64,000 bases of DNA from a virus. The translations under genes were made by a program, and so were the position numbers. Where the stretch lies: IMG/VR virus record IMGVR_UViG_3300043122_000050; one strand, given 5' to 3'. The notes below the pieces were generated by a model. It was not told the origin of the DNA. It was given only the letters and a program-made list of their open reading frames with translations, and did no database searches. Position 1 is the first letter of the stretch; each line of letters starts with the position of its first letter. Positions 15,962 through 25,900 of the stretch are shown here, piece by piece.

Positions 15962-16236
15962 CAAAGAAAGTATTTTATAAGGAACATCTCATATCAGATG
16001 AAGGCTCTTCACTCGGGTTTAGGGAGTTATTCTTTGATGAGGCTGGTGATACTTGCCGGGATATGCTAATGAATTACCTAACTACATGTCAGCTATGGGG
16101 AAGTGATTCAGAGGCTCCATTTCTAGGAGAGGCGGGGGAGATTGAAATTACTCATGAAGAGTGGGAGAATCTATTATTGAACCAAGACCTTCTAGGAATA
16201 GAGCTGCTTCCTTATCCAGAGGAAGACAGTCCATGA
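15958..16236 (+). CDS. Small protein, family R3
   Basis: GGAGGGAGC ATGA overlap. NYLTT..WG.. and NQDLLGIEL motifs. Confidence 0.7.
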   Translation: MTKKVFYKEHLISDEGSSLGFRELFFDEAGDTCRDMLMNYLTTCQLWGSDSEAPFLGEAGEIEITHEEWENLLLNQDLLGIELLPYPEEDSP

Positions 16237-16487
16237 ACAACGTAATCATCTACACAGACAATGAGATAGAGGTGGATAAGGAGGTTTCAGATATTATTCT
16301 AAACTACCTAACAACTCTTGGTGATTGGGGTGGTATTCATGAAGGTAGTCTTATGGAGCCTGATTGGAGTCATTCTGAGGATGATGAGTATAAGATGTGT
16401 ATCTCTTTGGTGGAGAGGGATGCGTTGATTGCAAATCAAGAGTTGTTAGGAATTAATGTAAAACTAGAATCTAAGGAGGTAAATTAA
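16233..16487 (+). CDS. Small protein, family R3. Start moved to 16233
   Basis: GAGGAAG RBS and an ATGA overlap. NYLTTLGDWGG and NQELLGINV motifs. Confidence 0.65.
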   Translation: MNNVIIYTDNEIEVDKEVSDIILNYLTTLGDWGGIHEGSLMEPDWSHSEDDEYKMCISLVERDALIANQELLGINVKLESKEVN

Positions 16488-18212
16488 TTGGCGTGCATAG
16501 AGCGTGTGAAGCATGATGTACCACATTGCACATCTGAAAAAGGTTTGCAAGTATTTTATGATGACGGTAAGAACAAATTTTCTGGGTACTGCTTCAGTTG
16601 TGCCTCTAAAGGTTTGGAGGCTTATGTAGAAGACCCTTACAACGGTAAACTTCCAGCACCACCTAAGCGCAAATCTGAAGATGAAATCTTTGAAGAGATT
16701 CAGGAGATTCGTAACCTAAAACCACCTCGTGAAGAGCACCGAGGTATTGCAGCAGAATATTTTGCCCGTGCTGGTATTAAGTTGGCTTATAGTGAATATG
16801 ATGGAAAAACTCCGTTTACTTTTAACTTCCCTTATACACTTGAGGGTAAGCTTGTTGGTTATAAGTCGATTATGATTGACAAGAAGGCCATGTGGTCTAT
16901 TGGTGACATTAAAGGCGCTGACCTGTTCAACTGGGAGATTGCCAAGAAGAATGCCAGTGGCCCTAAGCCACGCCTGTACGTCACAGAAGGGGAGTATGAT
17001 TGTAGGGCGCTGGAACAAATGCTTGAAGCACATGCCTTGAAGCACAAGACACAAGCACCTTACAATAAATTCTCAGTGACAAGCCTTCCACATGGAGTTG
17101 GCAGTGCTGTAACCACACTTGGACGTATGCGTAAAGAGGTTGAGAAGTTCTTTACTGAGATTGTCTTGGTGTTTGATAACGATGAAGCGGGACTTAAAGC
17201 TGTAAAAGACGTACAGAAGGTGTTGCCTGACGTAAAGACAGTCACTTACCCAACCAATGCCAAAGATGCCAATGAGGCACTGCTTAAAGGTGATGGTGAG
17301 TTGTTTGCAAGCTTTTGTATTTGGAAGAGCGCAAAGCCTGTAACTGAGGGTGTTGTTAGTGTTGGTACAGTGTTGAGCCGTGACCTTGAACCACCACAAC
17401 CGGGATTTTCATACCCTTGGCAGGCGTTTACAGATATGAACTGCACACAACGGATGGGGGAGGCAACTTGTACTGCTGCTGGTGTTGGCCTTGGCAAGAC
17501 ACTGATTGCCCATATGAAGCACTCGCACAACATTATTGAACACAAAGAGAAGGTTTTCTTGGCTTTGTTGGAGGAACCAAACCGAACAACCTTGTACAAT
17601 ATGGCAGGTAAGATTGACGGTATTCCTTACCATGTACCAAGTATTCATGAGAAGCATCGTGAGCAATACCTTGAGACAGCCTATAGCCTAGAGGGTAAGT
17701 TATTTCTTTGGGAGAGTGAGGGTCAAGCAGCACATAACCGTTTCGATATTGAAGAGATTGTTAAGGCTATCCGATACAACACAATGGAGTATGGGGTACG
17801 TTTCCATGCAATTGATAACATGACCCGTTTGGTTGACCACCTTTCAACAGGGGAGGCAAACGAATTCATTAACAAATGGTCTAGTGAACTTGCTAACCTT
17901 GCTTCTGAGCTTAGTGTTCACATTGACCTTTATAGCCACCTTAACCCTCCAAAAGGTAAAGACGCTAAGGATCATGAGAATGGTGGAGAAGTTTTGGCTA
18001 GTCAACTGACGGGTAGTCGTGGTATCATGCGGGCATTCCCATTAATTATGAGCTTTGAACGTAACAAACATGCCCAAGGGGATTTGAAAGCAAACAGCTT
18101 TTTAGGTTGTATTAAGAATCGTATGTTTGGCGGAGAAGATAAATTCAAAACTCGTTATGAACAAAGCACAGGCCGACTACTTCAATACGAATGGGAAGGT
18201 GATTCACTATAA
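16488..18212 (+). CDS. Bifunctional DNA primase/helicase (T7 gp4-like), TTG start
   Basis: N-terminal Cys-rich zinc-finger region. TOPRIM motifs VTEGEYD and VFDNDEAG. DnaB-type Walker A AAGVGLGKT. AGGAGG RBS. Confidence 0.85.
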   Translation: MACIERVKHDVPHCTSEKGLQVFYDDGKNKFSGYCFSCASKGLEAYVEDPYNGKLPAPPKRKSEDEIFEEIQEIRNLKPPREEHRGIAAEYFARAGIKLAYSEYDGKTPFTFNFPYTLEGKLVGYKSIMIDKKAMWSIGDIKGADLFNWEIAKKNASGPKPRLYVTEGEYDCRALEQMLEAHALKHKTQAPYNKFSVTSLPHGVGSAVTTLGRMRKEVEKFFTEIVLVFDNDEAGLKAVKDVQKVLPDVKTVTYPTNAKDANEALLKGDGELFASFCIWKSAKPVTEGVVSVGTVLSRDLEPPQPGFSYPWQAFTDMNCTQRMGEATCTAAGVGLGKTLIAHMKHSHNIIEHKEKVFLALLEEPNRTTLYNMAGKIDGIPYHVPSIHEKHREQYLETAYSLEGKLFLWESEGQAAHNRFDIEEIVKAIRYNTMEYGVRFHAIDNMTRLVDHLSTGEANEFINKWSSELANLASELSVHIDLYSHLNPPKGKDAKDHENGGEVLASQLTGSRGIMRAFPLIMSFERNKHAQGDLKANSFLGCIKNRMFGGEDKFKTRYEQSTGRLLQYEWEGDSL

Positions 18213-18229
18213 TATTTTAGGAGTAAATA

Positions 18230-20152
18230 ATGCAGGAATATCTAGGTAAGGATGAGATTGTTTTTGACTGTGAAACAGACGGATTCAACGCAAGCAAGAT
18301 TCACGTTGTTAGTATTAGCAACGTGACAACAGGCTCAGAGCGCTCGTTTATTAAATATGATCAAATGCGGGCCTTCCTTGAGAACCCTGATGCCATTCTA
18401 ATTGCACATAACGTAGAGTCTTTCGATAAGCCAACTCTTGAGCGTGTGTTAGGTATTAAAATAAAAGCTACAGTTATTGATACGCTGGGCCTTTCTTGGT
18501 ACTTATACCCAACTCGACAGCTTCACGGACTTGCATCTTGGGGGGAAGATTTTGGAGTTCCTAAGCCGGAGGTTGAGGATTGGAATGATCAGCCAATAGA
18601 GGTGTACATCAACAGGTGTGAGGAGGATGTTAAGATAAACACAGCCCTATGGCTTAAGATTAAGAAAGACCTCCAAACTTTGTATGGTAAGGAAAACTTT
18701 TGGGTTGCTGTTGACTACATATGCTTCAAGATGAAGTGTGCAGCACTTCAAGAGAAGTGCAAGTGGAAGCTAGACGTAGAAAAAGCCAAAGCTCTCGTTT
18801 CAGAGTTTGAAAATAAAATTCAGGATAGTAAAAATACTCTACAGCAGGTTATGCCAAAAGTGCCTGTGTATGTAATCAAAAGCAGACCAAAAAAGCCCTT
18901 TAAAAAAGATAAAAGCTTGTCTTCTATTGGGGAATCTTGGAAAGCTTTATGCGAAGAGCATGGCTATGATTTTGACTATCAGGGAGAGATTAAGTATGTA
19001 AAAGGCTATGAAGAGCCTAATGGCGGGAGTCCTTTGCAGATAAAATCTTGGCTGTACGGTCTTGGCTGGGTTCCCCAACTATTTGTCTATAAGCGAAACA
19101 AAGAAACTGGGGAAGTTAAGAAGATTGAACAAATTAAGAATAAAGATACTGGCGACCTTTGCCCTGATATTGTACGTCTGATAGCTAAGACCCCGGAACT
19201 ACAAGTCTTAGAGGATTTGTCTGTGCTAAGTCATCGTAAATCTGTTGTTCAAGGATTCTTGGATGATGTTGATGAGCATGGTTTTATTGCCGCAAGGATT
19301 CAAGGGTTTACCAACACACTTAGATTTAGGCACAAGGTCTTTCTGAACATCCCTTCCCTAAGAAAGCCTTACGGGAAGGAGATTAGAGGGCTGCTTATTG
19401 CAAGAAGTCCTGATATGGAGCTTATGGGTGCGGACTGCTCTTCTTTGGAAGACAGGACTGGGCAACACTTCATGTGGAAGTATGATCCTGATTATGTAAA
19501 GGATATGATGCAAGATGATTTTGACCCGCACTGTGACATTGCTGCGGAGGCTGGCTTAATGACAGCAGATGAGGTATCTGCGTATAAAATAATGGATGCT
19601 AAGGATTTAAAGGAGGTTGATTATAACGGAAAACATTACATAAAGAAGGTACTAGCTCTGAAGCGTCACGCAGGTAAGTCTTGCAACTATGCCTCTAAGT
19701 ATGGTGCTGGAGGGCCAACTATTGCACGAGCTGCTGGCGTTACAGAAGCAACAGGGAATAAGCTCCATAAGGCTTATTGGAAGCGTAATTGGTCGCTAAA
19801 GAAAATTGCAGAAGACTGTGTAGTAAAACAGACTCTTGGTGTTAAGTGGCTATGGAATCCTATAGCAAATATGTGGTACTGGCTAAAAACGGATAAGGAT
19901 AAGTTCAGCACCCTTAACCAAGGGACAGGCACATTCTGTTTTGATATGTGGATTAAGGAAGTGCTTAAACGTCGTAGACAATTGACTGGCCAAGCTCACG
20001 ATGAGGGAATCTGGGAAGTAAAGAAGGGATACAGGGAGCAAGCTGCTAAACTCCTTAAAGATGCTATTCAAGAGGTAAACAAGCAGCTAAAACTAAATCG
20101 TGACCTTGACGTTGGTATTCAATTCGGGGAGAATTATGGGGAGATTCATTAA
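18230..20152 (+). CDS. Family A DNA polymerase with a 3'-5' exonuclease domain
   Basis: Exo I FDCETDG. Pol motif A DCSSLEDR, motif B KSCNYASKYG and motif C QAHDE. Confidence 0.9.
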   Translation: MQEYLGKDEIVFDCETDGFNASKIHVVSISNVTTGSERSFIKYDQMRAFLENPDAILIAHNVESFDKPTLERVLGIKIKATVIDTLGLSWYLYPTRQLHGLASWGEDFGVPKPEVEDWNDQPIEVYINRCEEDVKINTALWLKIKKDLQTLYGKENFWVAVDYICFKMKCAALQEKCKWKLDVEKAKALVSEFENKIQDSKNTLQQVMPKVPVYVIKSRPKKPFKKDKSLSSIGESWKALCEEHGYDFDYQGEIKYVKGYEEPNGGSPLQIKSWLYGLGWVPQLFVYKRNKETGEVKKIEQIKNKDTGDLCPDIVRLIAKTPELQVLEDLSVLSHRKSVVQGFLDDVDEHGFIAARIQGFTNTLRFRHKVFLNIPSLRKPYGKEIRGLLIARSPDMELMGADCSSLEDRTGQHFMWKYDPDYVKDMMQDDFDPHCDIAAEAGLMTADEVSAYKIMDAKDLKEVDYNGKHYIKKVLALKRHAGKSCNYASKYGAGGPTIARAAGVTEATGNKLHKAYWKRNWSLKKIAEDCVVKQTLGVKWLWNPIANMWYWLKTDKDKFSTLNQGTGTFCFDMWIKEVLKRRRQLTGQAHDEGIWEVKKGYREQAAKLLKDAIQEVNKQLKLNRDLDVGIQFGENYGEIH

Positions 20153-20682
20153 TGACTGAGGTGTGGAAGCCATTGCTTGACAAAGATGTACAGCAAAGGT
20201 ATGCTATTAGCAACTTAGGTAGGGTATTTGACCTTTTCAAAGTTTGCTATCTAAGGTGGCTCGATAACGGGGCTGGGTATAAAATAGTTGGGTTGCAAAG
20301 AAAGGATAAGAATAACGTATCAATGAGGTACGTGCACAGGCTAGTTGCGTTGCATTTTATACAAAATCCTGATAATCTACCTCAAGTTGGGCACAAAGAT
20401 CACGAAAAGGATAACAACAAAGAATCTAACTTGTACTGGACAACAGCAAAGCAAAACACTGCTGATGGTATAAGAGATGGCAGGATAAATGCTAAGAAAA
20501 GGCCGGGAACAAGAAAGCTAAGTAAGTCCGAAATTTGCTTTATCGCCTTATTAAAGGCTGAAGGTCTTGGGGTTAATGAAATTGCCAGAAAGATTGGTTG
20601 TCCAAGAACTACAGTATCTAGCGTGTTCAACAAAAGGTCTAATTGGGAATTGTTTTCTTTTGTTCTGGAAGAAGTTGGCTAA
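20152..20682 (+). CDS. Free-standing HNH_3/NUMOD4-type homing endonuclease abutting the polymerase stop codon
   Basis: The N-terminal W.P....Y.ISN.GRV, then HRLVALHFI.NP and a C-terminal HTH-like region resemble the intron-encoded ORFs at 46857 and 59288. TAATGA overlap with the polymerase gene. Confidence 0.7.
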   Translation: MTEVWKPLLDKDVQQRYAISNLGRVFDLFKVCYLRWLDNGAGYKIVGLQRKDKNNVSMRYVHRLVALHFIQNPDNLPQVGHKDHEKDNNKESNLYWTTAKQNTADGIRDGRINAKKRPGTRKLSKSEICFIALLKAEGLGVNEIARKIGCPRTTVSSVFNKRSNWELFSFVLEEVG

Positions 20683-20715
20683 GATAAAAGATACAGCGAG
20701 ATTCACTAATTAGTA

Positions 20716-20743
20716 TTGACAAATAGAGATGCTGTGTTAAGAT
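20716..20743 (+). promoter_or_regulatory. Promoter (TTGACA, 16 nt, TGtTAAGAT extended -10)
   Basis: -35 at 20716-20721, TG at 20735-20736 and -10 at 20738-20743. Confidence 0.55.
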
Positions 20744-20771
20744 AGCATCTTCAAAACAGGAAGGAGGAAAT

Positions 20772-20936
20772 ATGAACACAAATAAAATTCGATCTTGGGC
20801 AACAGTGGATGAGAAAGGTAATATCATTGCTCTTTGTGCATCGCGCGAAGAAGCTCGTAAACAAAAGAAATATGCAGCACAGAATGGGTGGAAGCAACGT
20901 GTTGCAAAACTTGAATTCTCGGAGTTTTCTAGTTAA
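20772..20936 (+). CDS. Small ORF, 54 aa (MNTNKIRSWATVDEKGNIIALCASREEARK...), below the track cutoff
   Basis: AAGGAGGA RBS 5 nt upstream. It lies just downstream of the promoter. Confidence 0.6.
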   Translation: MNTNKIRSWATVDEKGNIIALCASREEARKQKKYAAQNGWKQRVAKLEFSEFSS

Positions 20937-20958
20937 AATAAGTAATTAGGAGGGGTGT

Positions 20959-21204
20959 ATGACTTGGGAATATCGTTTGGCACAGAAAGTTGTAAACTAT
21001 AATCATCCAATCACCGGGAATAAAGATACTGTTCTCTACGGGATTGTTGAGGTGTACTATGATAAACAAGGTAAGGTAGAGGGCTGGACTGACTTCATTG
21101 ACCCTAATGGTTGGGATAACATTGACGATCTTCAAGTGACTCTTGAGAAGATGTCATCTGCTTTTAACAAACCTTTGTTTGACAAAATTATTGAGGGGGA
21201 GTAA
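20959..21204 (+). CDS. Hypothetical protein, 81 aa
   Basis: TAGGAGGGG RBS. Confidence 0.7.
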   Translation: MTWEYRLAQKVVNYNHPITGNKDTVLYGIVEVYYDKQGKVEGWTDFIDPNGWDNIDDLQVTLEKMSSAFNKPLFDKIIEGE

Positions 21205-21206
21205 GA

Positions 21207-21383
21207 ATGAAAAAGTATAGCAAATCTCGTATGAAAGGTGCTCGTAAAGCAGCACAAGCTCGGTGGCAAGGCAGTGAGAAGATTCTAAAGCTTCTTGCTC
21301 GTGCAAATCATTCCTTGGAGGTTGAACCTGTAGTGGTGAATCATTACGCTGTTGATCTTCTTGTGAATACCTATAGCCTCTAA
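21207..21383 (+). CDS. Small basic ORF, 58 aa (MKKYSKSRMKGARKAAQARW...), below the track cutoff
   Basis: GAGGGGGAG RBS. Followed by the hairpin AGCCTC-TAATC-GAGGCT. Confidence 0.5.
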   Translation: MKKYSKSRMKGARKAAQARWQGSEKILKLLARANHSLEVEPVVVNHYAVDLLVNTYSL

Positions 21384-21457
21384 TCGAGGCTTTCCAAAAC
21401 AGGAATAATGCAAATAAGCACATTCCAAATCTAAATGTAATAAAGGAGAAATACTAT

Positions 21458-22432
21458 ATGTTTAAAGTTCATGGTGGTCAGCAACAATCTTCTTCGTCTT
21501 CTGCTAAGGAAGTGAATTTCGATGAGCTGAATCAATACACTGTTGAAACTGCTGGCCTTCAAGATCGTGAAACTCTTGTTGGCTATATCAGTCAGATTGT
21601 AGACCTTGGCACACAGAAGCTTCCAGATGTGGAGAACGTGTTCACTGGTACAGCAGAGGAAGAAGCTGAGATTATTGCTAAACAACCAGCTACATACTTC
21701 AAAGATGCTTTTGATTGGGAAACTAAGAAGCAGGCTCGATTCAAATGTTACCCACAGAAGGATCAGCCTTGCGTAGCATTCGCTGTTGACTTCCCAGATA
21801 TCATGATTGATAAGGGTCAATTCTTTGGTGAATCTAAGCCTCTTCCATTGCGTCTATGGATGGGTGGTCAATTCTACACACAAGATGGTGGTATGGTGCT
21901 TGGTCGTCCTACTCCCCTGAAGTACACTAATCTGGATAAGAGTCGTGCTACAAAGGTGTGGTCTATGGCTCAGAATAGCCTCCCTTACAAGATGGCTGTT
22001 GCAGCTAAGCTTGTTAAGAATGGAGAACCATTCCTTCCAGAGCGTATTGATGAGCTGCTTGGTAAGAGCTTCCAATTCAGTGCTCAGGTGTGGATGAAGG
22101 AGAGTAAGGGTAAGCAGTATTACACAGAGTATGTTAACTTCGTTGGTGCTCTTGGTCGTGGACAGGCTGAATGTGAACATGTTACAGTGCCACAACTGGT
22201 TCACTTTGAAGCTGATAACTCTGAGGAAGCAATCAAAGAACTTCGTGCTCATGTTGTGAATACAATTAAGAAGGCAACAAACTACGAAGGCTCTAAGATT
22301 AAAGGCCAGATTGAACAATGGCGTTACAATAAGGAGAAGACTTCCCACGAAGCCTCTACTCCTTCAGATGCTCCGGCTCCGCAACAAGTTGCTGATTTTG
22401 ACGCTTTCGATGACACTGATCTACCTTTTTAG
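21458..22432 (+). CDS. Putative ssDNA-binding protein with an acidic SSB-like C-terminal tip
   Basis: The C-terminus ..DFDAFDDTDLPF resembles the bacterial SSB tip DFDDDIPF. It lies in the replication module. AAGGAGA RBS. Confidence 0.5.
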   Translation: MFKVHGGQQQSSSSSAKEVNFDELNQYTVETAGLQDRETLVGYISQIVDLGTQKLPDVENVFTGTAEEEAEIIAKQPATYFKDAFDWETKKQARFKCYPQKDQPCVAFAVDFPDIMIDKGQFFGESKPLPLRLWMGGQFYTQDGGMVLGRPTPLKYTNLDKSRATKVWSMAQNSLPYKMAVAAKLVKNGEPFLPERIDELLGKSFQFSAQVWMKESKGKQYYTEYVNFVGALGRGQAECEHVTVPQLVHFEADNSEEAIKELRAHVVNTIKKATNYEGSKIKGQIEQWRYNKEKTSHEASTPSDAPAPQQVADFDAFDDTDLPF

Positions 22433-22493
22433 AGGTAGTAGGTAACTAGGAATTAACAGCCAAGGATGGCTTTATTTATGGAGGATAATTAAT

Positions 22494-22727
22494 ATGACTG
22501 ATGTTATTAAATTGAAGGGTTATGTAAATGAGCTGGTTACTGGTCTTCAGCGACGTGCAGATTGCAACAGCTTTATGAAGGATGTTCTGGAATCTGCTAA
22601 AGAGGATGGTTTTGACAAGAAGCAACTACGTCAACTAAGTAAGCTTGCTTATGATCGTAACAAAGAGCAAGTGGCAGCAGAGATTGATGAGCTTCTTGAG
22701 TTGTATGATAGCCTAGAGCTTCAATAA
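22494..22727 (+). CDS. Hypothetical helical protein, 77 aa
   Basis: TGGAGGA RBS. Confidence 0.7.
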   Translation: MTDVIKLKGYVNELVTGLQRRADCNSFMKDVLESAKEDGFDKKQLRQLSKLAYDRNKEQVAAEIDELLELYDSLELQ

Positions 22728-22741
22728 AATTTAATAGTTGT

Positions 22742-22793
22742 AGCCCCTGCATGGCTGTCACAGTAGTGGCTTCTTTGCAGGGGCTTTTGTTTT
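22742..22793 (+). terminator. Rho-independent terminator
   Basis: A 10-bp stem AGCCCCTGCA/TGCAGGGGCT, followed by TTTTGTTTT. Confidence 0.7.
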
Positions 22794-22801
22794 AAGGAGG
22801 G

Positions 22802-23752
22802 ATGATGAAAAGAACTCTAATCATTGACGGTGATACGATTTTACATGCGTCAGCCGCCCAACAGCAGAAGAACCATTGTAAAGCAATAAATATTAAGTCT
22901 GGAGATGAGGAAGTTTGGCCTAGTAAAACAGATTTTAATAAGTGGCTAGCTGGACAAGAAGAGTGGGAGAAGACAGACTTTGTGTTTGATGTTGTTCCTG
23001 AGCTTACAGGGCATATTTCATTTGCTTGTAAGTCTATTAGAGAGAAGATTGACAAAATCTTTAACCGCTCTTATTGTGATGACTTCCTATTCATTCAACA
23101 AGGCTCTGGAAACTTCCGAAACTTCTATGAGAGTGAGTATGTCACTTACAAAGGACAGCGTGGGGCCAAACCTCTTTTGTTTGAGGAATGCTTTGAGTTT
23201 ACAAAGAAGAAGTATAAGGATAGATGCCTTGTCACTTCAGGAGTTGAGACTGATGATGTCGTTTGTACAATGGGGTGGGAGAGCTTCAACACTGCTGTAG
23301 AGAGTGGGAAGAAGTCACTGTCTCCGTATGTTATTGCCGCTGTCGATAAAGACATTCCTGCTAATACTCCCGGCTTCATGCTCAACTACGGGAAAGATGA
23401 TCCTATCTTTTGGAATACTAAGTTTAGTCAGACCAAGCAGTTTATGGCTCAATTGCTTAGAGGTGACAGTGCTGACTTTATTCCCGGCTTATCCGTTCTG
23501 TCAGAGGAATCTAAAAAGAAATATGGTATCAATAGAGATGGTATTGGCCCTGTAGCTGTTGAGAAGATTCTTGGGGGCTGTACAACAGAGAAAGAGCTTG
23601 CAGAGAATACAGTTGAATGCTATATATCAGCATGGCCTAACGACTGGAAAGCTAGATTGAATGATATGGGATTCTTCTTGTACTTGCTTAGACATGAGAA
23701 TGATAAGTGGGATGTTGATAGGTATTTTAAAGAGTTAGGAGTGAGCCTGTGA
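22802..23752 (+). CDS. 5'-3' exonuclease / flap endonuclease (FEN, PIN-like)
   Basis: N-terminal LIIDGDTILH, then VDKD, then GDSADFIPGL (compare GD.SDNIPG of 5'-3' exonucleases). Confidence 0.75.
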   Translation: MMKRTLIIDGDTILHASAAQQQKNHCKAINIKSGDEEVWPSKTDFNKWLAGQEEWEKTDFVFDVVPELTGHISFACKSIREKIDKIFNRSYCDDFLFIQQGSGNFRNFYESEYVTYKGQRGAKPLLFEECFEFTKKKYKDRCLVTSGVETDDVVCTMGWESFNTAVESGKKSLSPYVIAAVDKDIPANTPGFMLNYGKDDPIFWNTKFSQTKQFMAQLLRGDSADFIPGLSVLSEESKKKYGINRDGIGPVAVEKILGGCTTEKELAENTVECYISAWPNDWKARLNDMGFFLYLLRHENDKWDVDRYFKELGVSL

Positions 23753-24312
23753 GCAAGTTTGAACCGTGGCTCTTGTACCCTCACATCTGGAAGACTAAGA
23801 GTGCTTGGTTTAGTTGGCTTCGTGGAGGGATTCGTAGAAGCCTGTGGAATAAGTCTCCAATCAAGCTAGAATACATCAGGAATCATCGTAAACGTATTCC
23901 CAACCCCAATCCAAAGGGGAAGGTGGCAACAGTGTGGGGAGGCACGTGTGAGCTTTGTAAGAAGGATTTTGTGATAGCTCAGCTAGACGTTGACCATAAA
24001 CAAGGGAACCACTCCCTGAATGAGTTATCTGATATTCAAAACTTCATAGAAAACATTGTACTTACCACAGAAAATGATCTACAATTCGCTTGCAAGACGT
24101 GCCATAAAATTAAGAATCAACAAGAGAGGAAGGGAATCTCTTTTGAACAGGCATCTTATGAGAAGCTTGCCATCGATATGGAGAAGAAAAAGATGGTTAT
24201 TCCGTGGCTTGAGAGTAAGGGTGTTGTTCCAGCTAAGAACGCTAAGCTTAGACGTATTCAAGTAGTCGATACACTAAAGATCAACAAATTGAAGGAGGAT
24301 AATGATGGCTGA
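23749..24312 (+). CDS. HNH endonuclease-like protein
   Basis: CELCKK...DVDHKQGN....CKTCHKIKN: a Cys-pair/His-Asn-His arrangement. Confidence 0.6.
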   Translation: MSKFEPWLLYPHIWKTKSAWFSWLRGGIRRSLWNKSPIKLEYIRNHRKRIPNPNPKGKVATVWGGTCELCKKDFVIAQLDVDHKQGNHSLNELSDIQNFIENIVLTTENDLQFACKTCHKIKNQQERKGISFEQASYEKLAIDMEKKKMVIPWLESKGVVPAKNAKLRRIQVVDTLKINKLKEDNDG

Positions 24313-24595
24313 GAAACAAAAGAAGATTGTAATTGAGACAACTCACAGTAAACGGAGTGCTGTCCTCCCAGAAGGGGCATTTGTGCAGTATGTTGGTAAC
24401 TACATTGTTGCTTACCCTAATACTTGGGAGAGGAGTACTCCTATCTTCCAATTCAAATGTGAGGATGTAGACCCTCCAATGATTTCTGTCGTAGACATTA
24501 GTGAAGATGAAGAGATTGTTGAGAAAGTGAAGAAGCTTTCTAAAGATGAGATGAATACATTGCGTAACATCATGGACAGCACAGGGCTGTTATAA
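24302..24595 (+). CDS. Hypothetical protein, 97 aa
   Basis: AAGGAGGA RBS. Confidence 0.7.
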   Translation: MMAEKQKKIVIETTHSKRSAVLPEGAFVQYVGNYIVAYPNTWERSTPIFQFKCEDVDPPMISVVDISEDEEIVEKVKKLSKDEMNTLRNIMDSTGLL

Positions 24596-24607
24596 ATAGG
24601 AGGAAGG

Positions 24608-25381
24608 ATGCAGAAGAAACGTATACTCGTTGTAGGGGATTGCCAAGTCAAGCCCGGTGAAGACCAGACACACTTGCTACACATCGGCAGATATTTAGTA
24701 GATAAGCGTCCAGATATTGTTGTTTGTATCGGAGACTTCTACGACTTCCCAAGCCTATCTTCATATGATAAGGGTAAGAAGAGCTTTGAAGGGCGTAGAC
24801 TCAAAGATGACATTGATGCTGGTAATGCTGCAATGGACTTAATGTTGTCCCCTCTTAGAGAGCTTCAGCAACGTCAGAAGGATAATCGTAAGAAGGTGTA
24901 TTCTCCACGGATGATCTTTACAATGGGGAACCATTGTGATCGGTTTGATCGTCTAGCTAATGATCAGCCAGAGCTTGCAGGCTTTGTAGGGACTGAGACA
25001 CTAAATCTTGAAAAGTGGGGCTGGGAGGTGTATCCTTTTCTCAAGCCTGTGGAAGTGGATGGCATCTTCTTTGTTCATTACCTTGCCAATCCTATGACTG
25101 GTAAGCCTTATGCTGGTACAGCGTTGTCTCAGCTTAAAACTGTAGGGCGTAGCTTTGTTGTAGGGCACAAGCAATGCCTGGATATGGCAATCCATCCCCG
25201 TTTAGATGGTAAGATGCAGATTGGCTTGATTAATGGAGCTTCATACCCTCATTTTGAGAATTATAAAGGTTATGTTGGTAACAACCACTTCCGTGGTGTT
25301 ATGATGTTGAATGAGGTGAGTGATGGTATGGCTCTACCTTGCCCTGTTAGTTTGGAATATTTGGAGGACAGATATGGATGA
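24608..25381 (+). CDS. Metallophosphoesterase (Ser/Thr phosphatase-like)
   Basis: VVGDCQ, CIGDFYD and GNHC motifs occur in order. Confidence 0.7.
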   Translation: MQKKRILVVGDCQVKPGEDQTHLLHIGRYLVDKRPDIVVCIGDFYDFPSLSSYDKGKKSFEGRRLKDDIDAGNAAMDLMLSPLRELQQRQKDNRKKVYSPRMIFTMGNHCDRFDRLANDQPELAGFVGTETLNLEKWGWEVYPFLKPVEVDGIFFVHYLANPMTGKPYAGTALSQLKTVGRSFVVGHKQCLDMAIHPRLDGKMQIGLINGASYPHFENYKGYVGNNHFRGVMMLNEVSDGMALPCPVSLEYLEDRYG

Positions 25382-25535
25382 TGTTGAACAACTAAAACTG
25401 ATGCTGAAGAAGTATTTGGAAGTGATGGTTGACACCCACCTTACAGCTTCAGGGCACACTAAGGTAGAGGTGGTTATCTCCTTTGACGGAGAAGAGATTA
25501 CAAAATCCTCGAACTATGTACTTAAGCCAGAATAA
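25374..25535 (+). CDS. Small protein, 53 aa. Start moved to 25374
   Basis: GGAGGA RBS 5 nt upstream of the ATG at 25374. Confidence 0.55.
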   Translation: MDDVEQLKLMLKKYLEVMVDTHLTASGHTKVEVVISFDGEEITKSSNYVLKPE

Positions 25536-25544
25536 GGAGAAGAA

Positions 25545-25871
25545 ATGACATATTTTATTGCTTGGGTTGTAATTGGTGTTTGTTGCTACTACATTGGTAA
25601 GAATCGACGTGATCGTTACCTCCCGAAGTACCACCTTGGTATGCTCTTTATCCAAAAGAATGATGATCTAGGAGAACCTGCAACGCCAGAGAACGTAGCT
25701 CGTTGGAGTAAGATTCTGGAGAATGCAATCTTGGTTACTAACATTATCATTGCCCCAATCTCTCTGCTGTTGAAAATTAAGAAGTTGTTCTCTAAGGGGC
25801 CGGGAGAGGGTATTCTACGTATGAAGTCTTGCTGTGATGAGTTCGTGAAACGTCATGGACTTATATTCTGA
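25545..25871 (+). CDS. Membrane protein, 108 aa (2 TM segments)
   Basis: AAGGAGA RBS. Hydrophobic segments at the N-terminus and mid-protein. Confidence 0.65.
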   Translation: MTYFIAWVVIGVCCYYIGKNRRDRYLPKYHLGMLFIQKNDDLGEPATPENVARWSKILENAILVTNIIIAPISLLLKIKKLFSKGPGEGILRMKSCCDEFVKRHGLIF

Positions 25872-25880
25872 TATACAATA

Positions 25881-25900
25881 GGGCTGGAAGCAGCCCTTTT
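25881..25900 (+). terminator. Rho-independent terminator
   Basis: GGGCTG-GAAG-CAGCCC followed by TTTT. Confidence 0.7.

Noticed and set aside
11804-17733. Numerous antisense or overlapping ORFs inside the MoxR, vWA and primase-helicase genes. The same applies to those inside nrdA (29287-31173), the tape measure gene (47748-48789), the sheath-like gene (52015-52818), the protease gene (57012-57896) and others
   Set aside because: They lie opposite or out of frame within long genes that have clear motifs. They lack an RBS and have skewed, Ser/Leu/Cys-rich composition. They are shadow ORFs.
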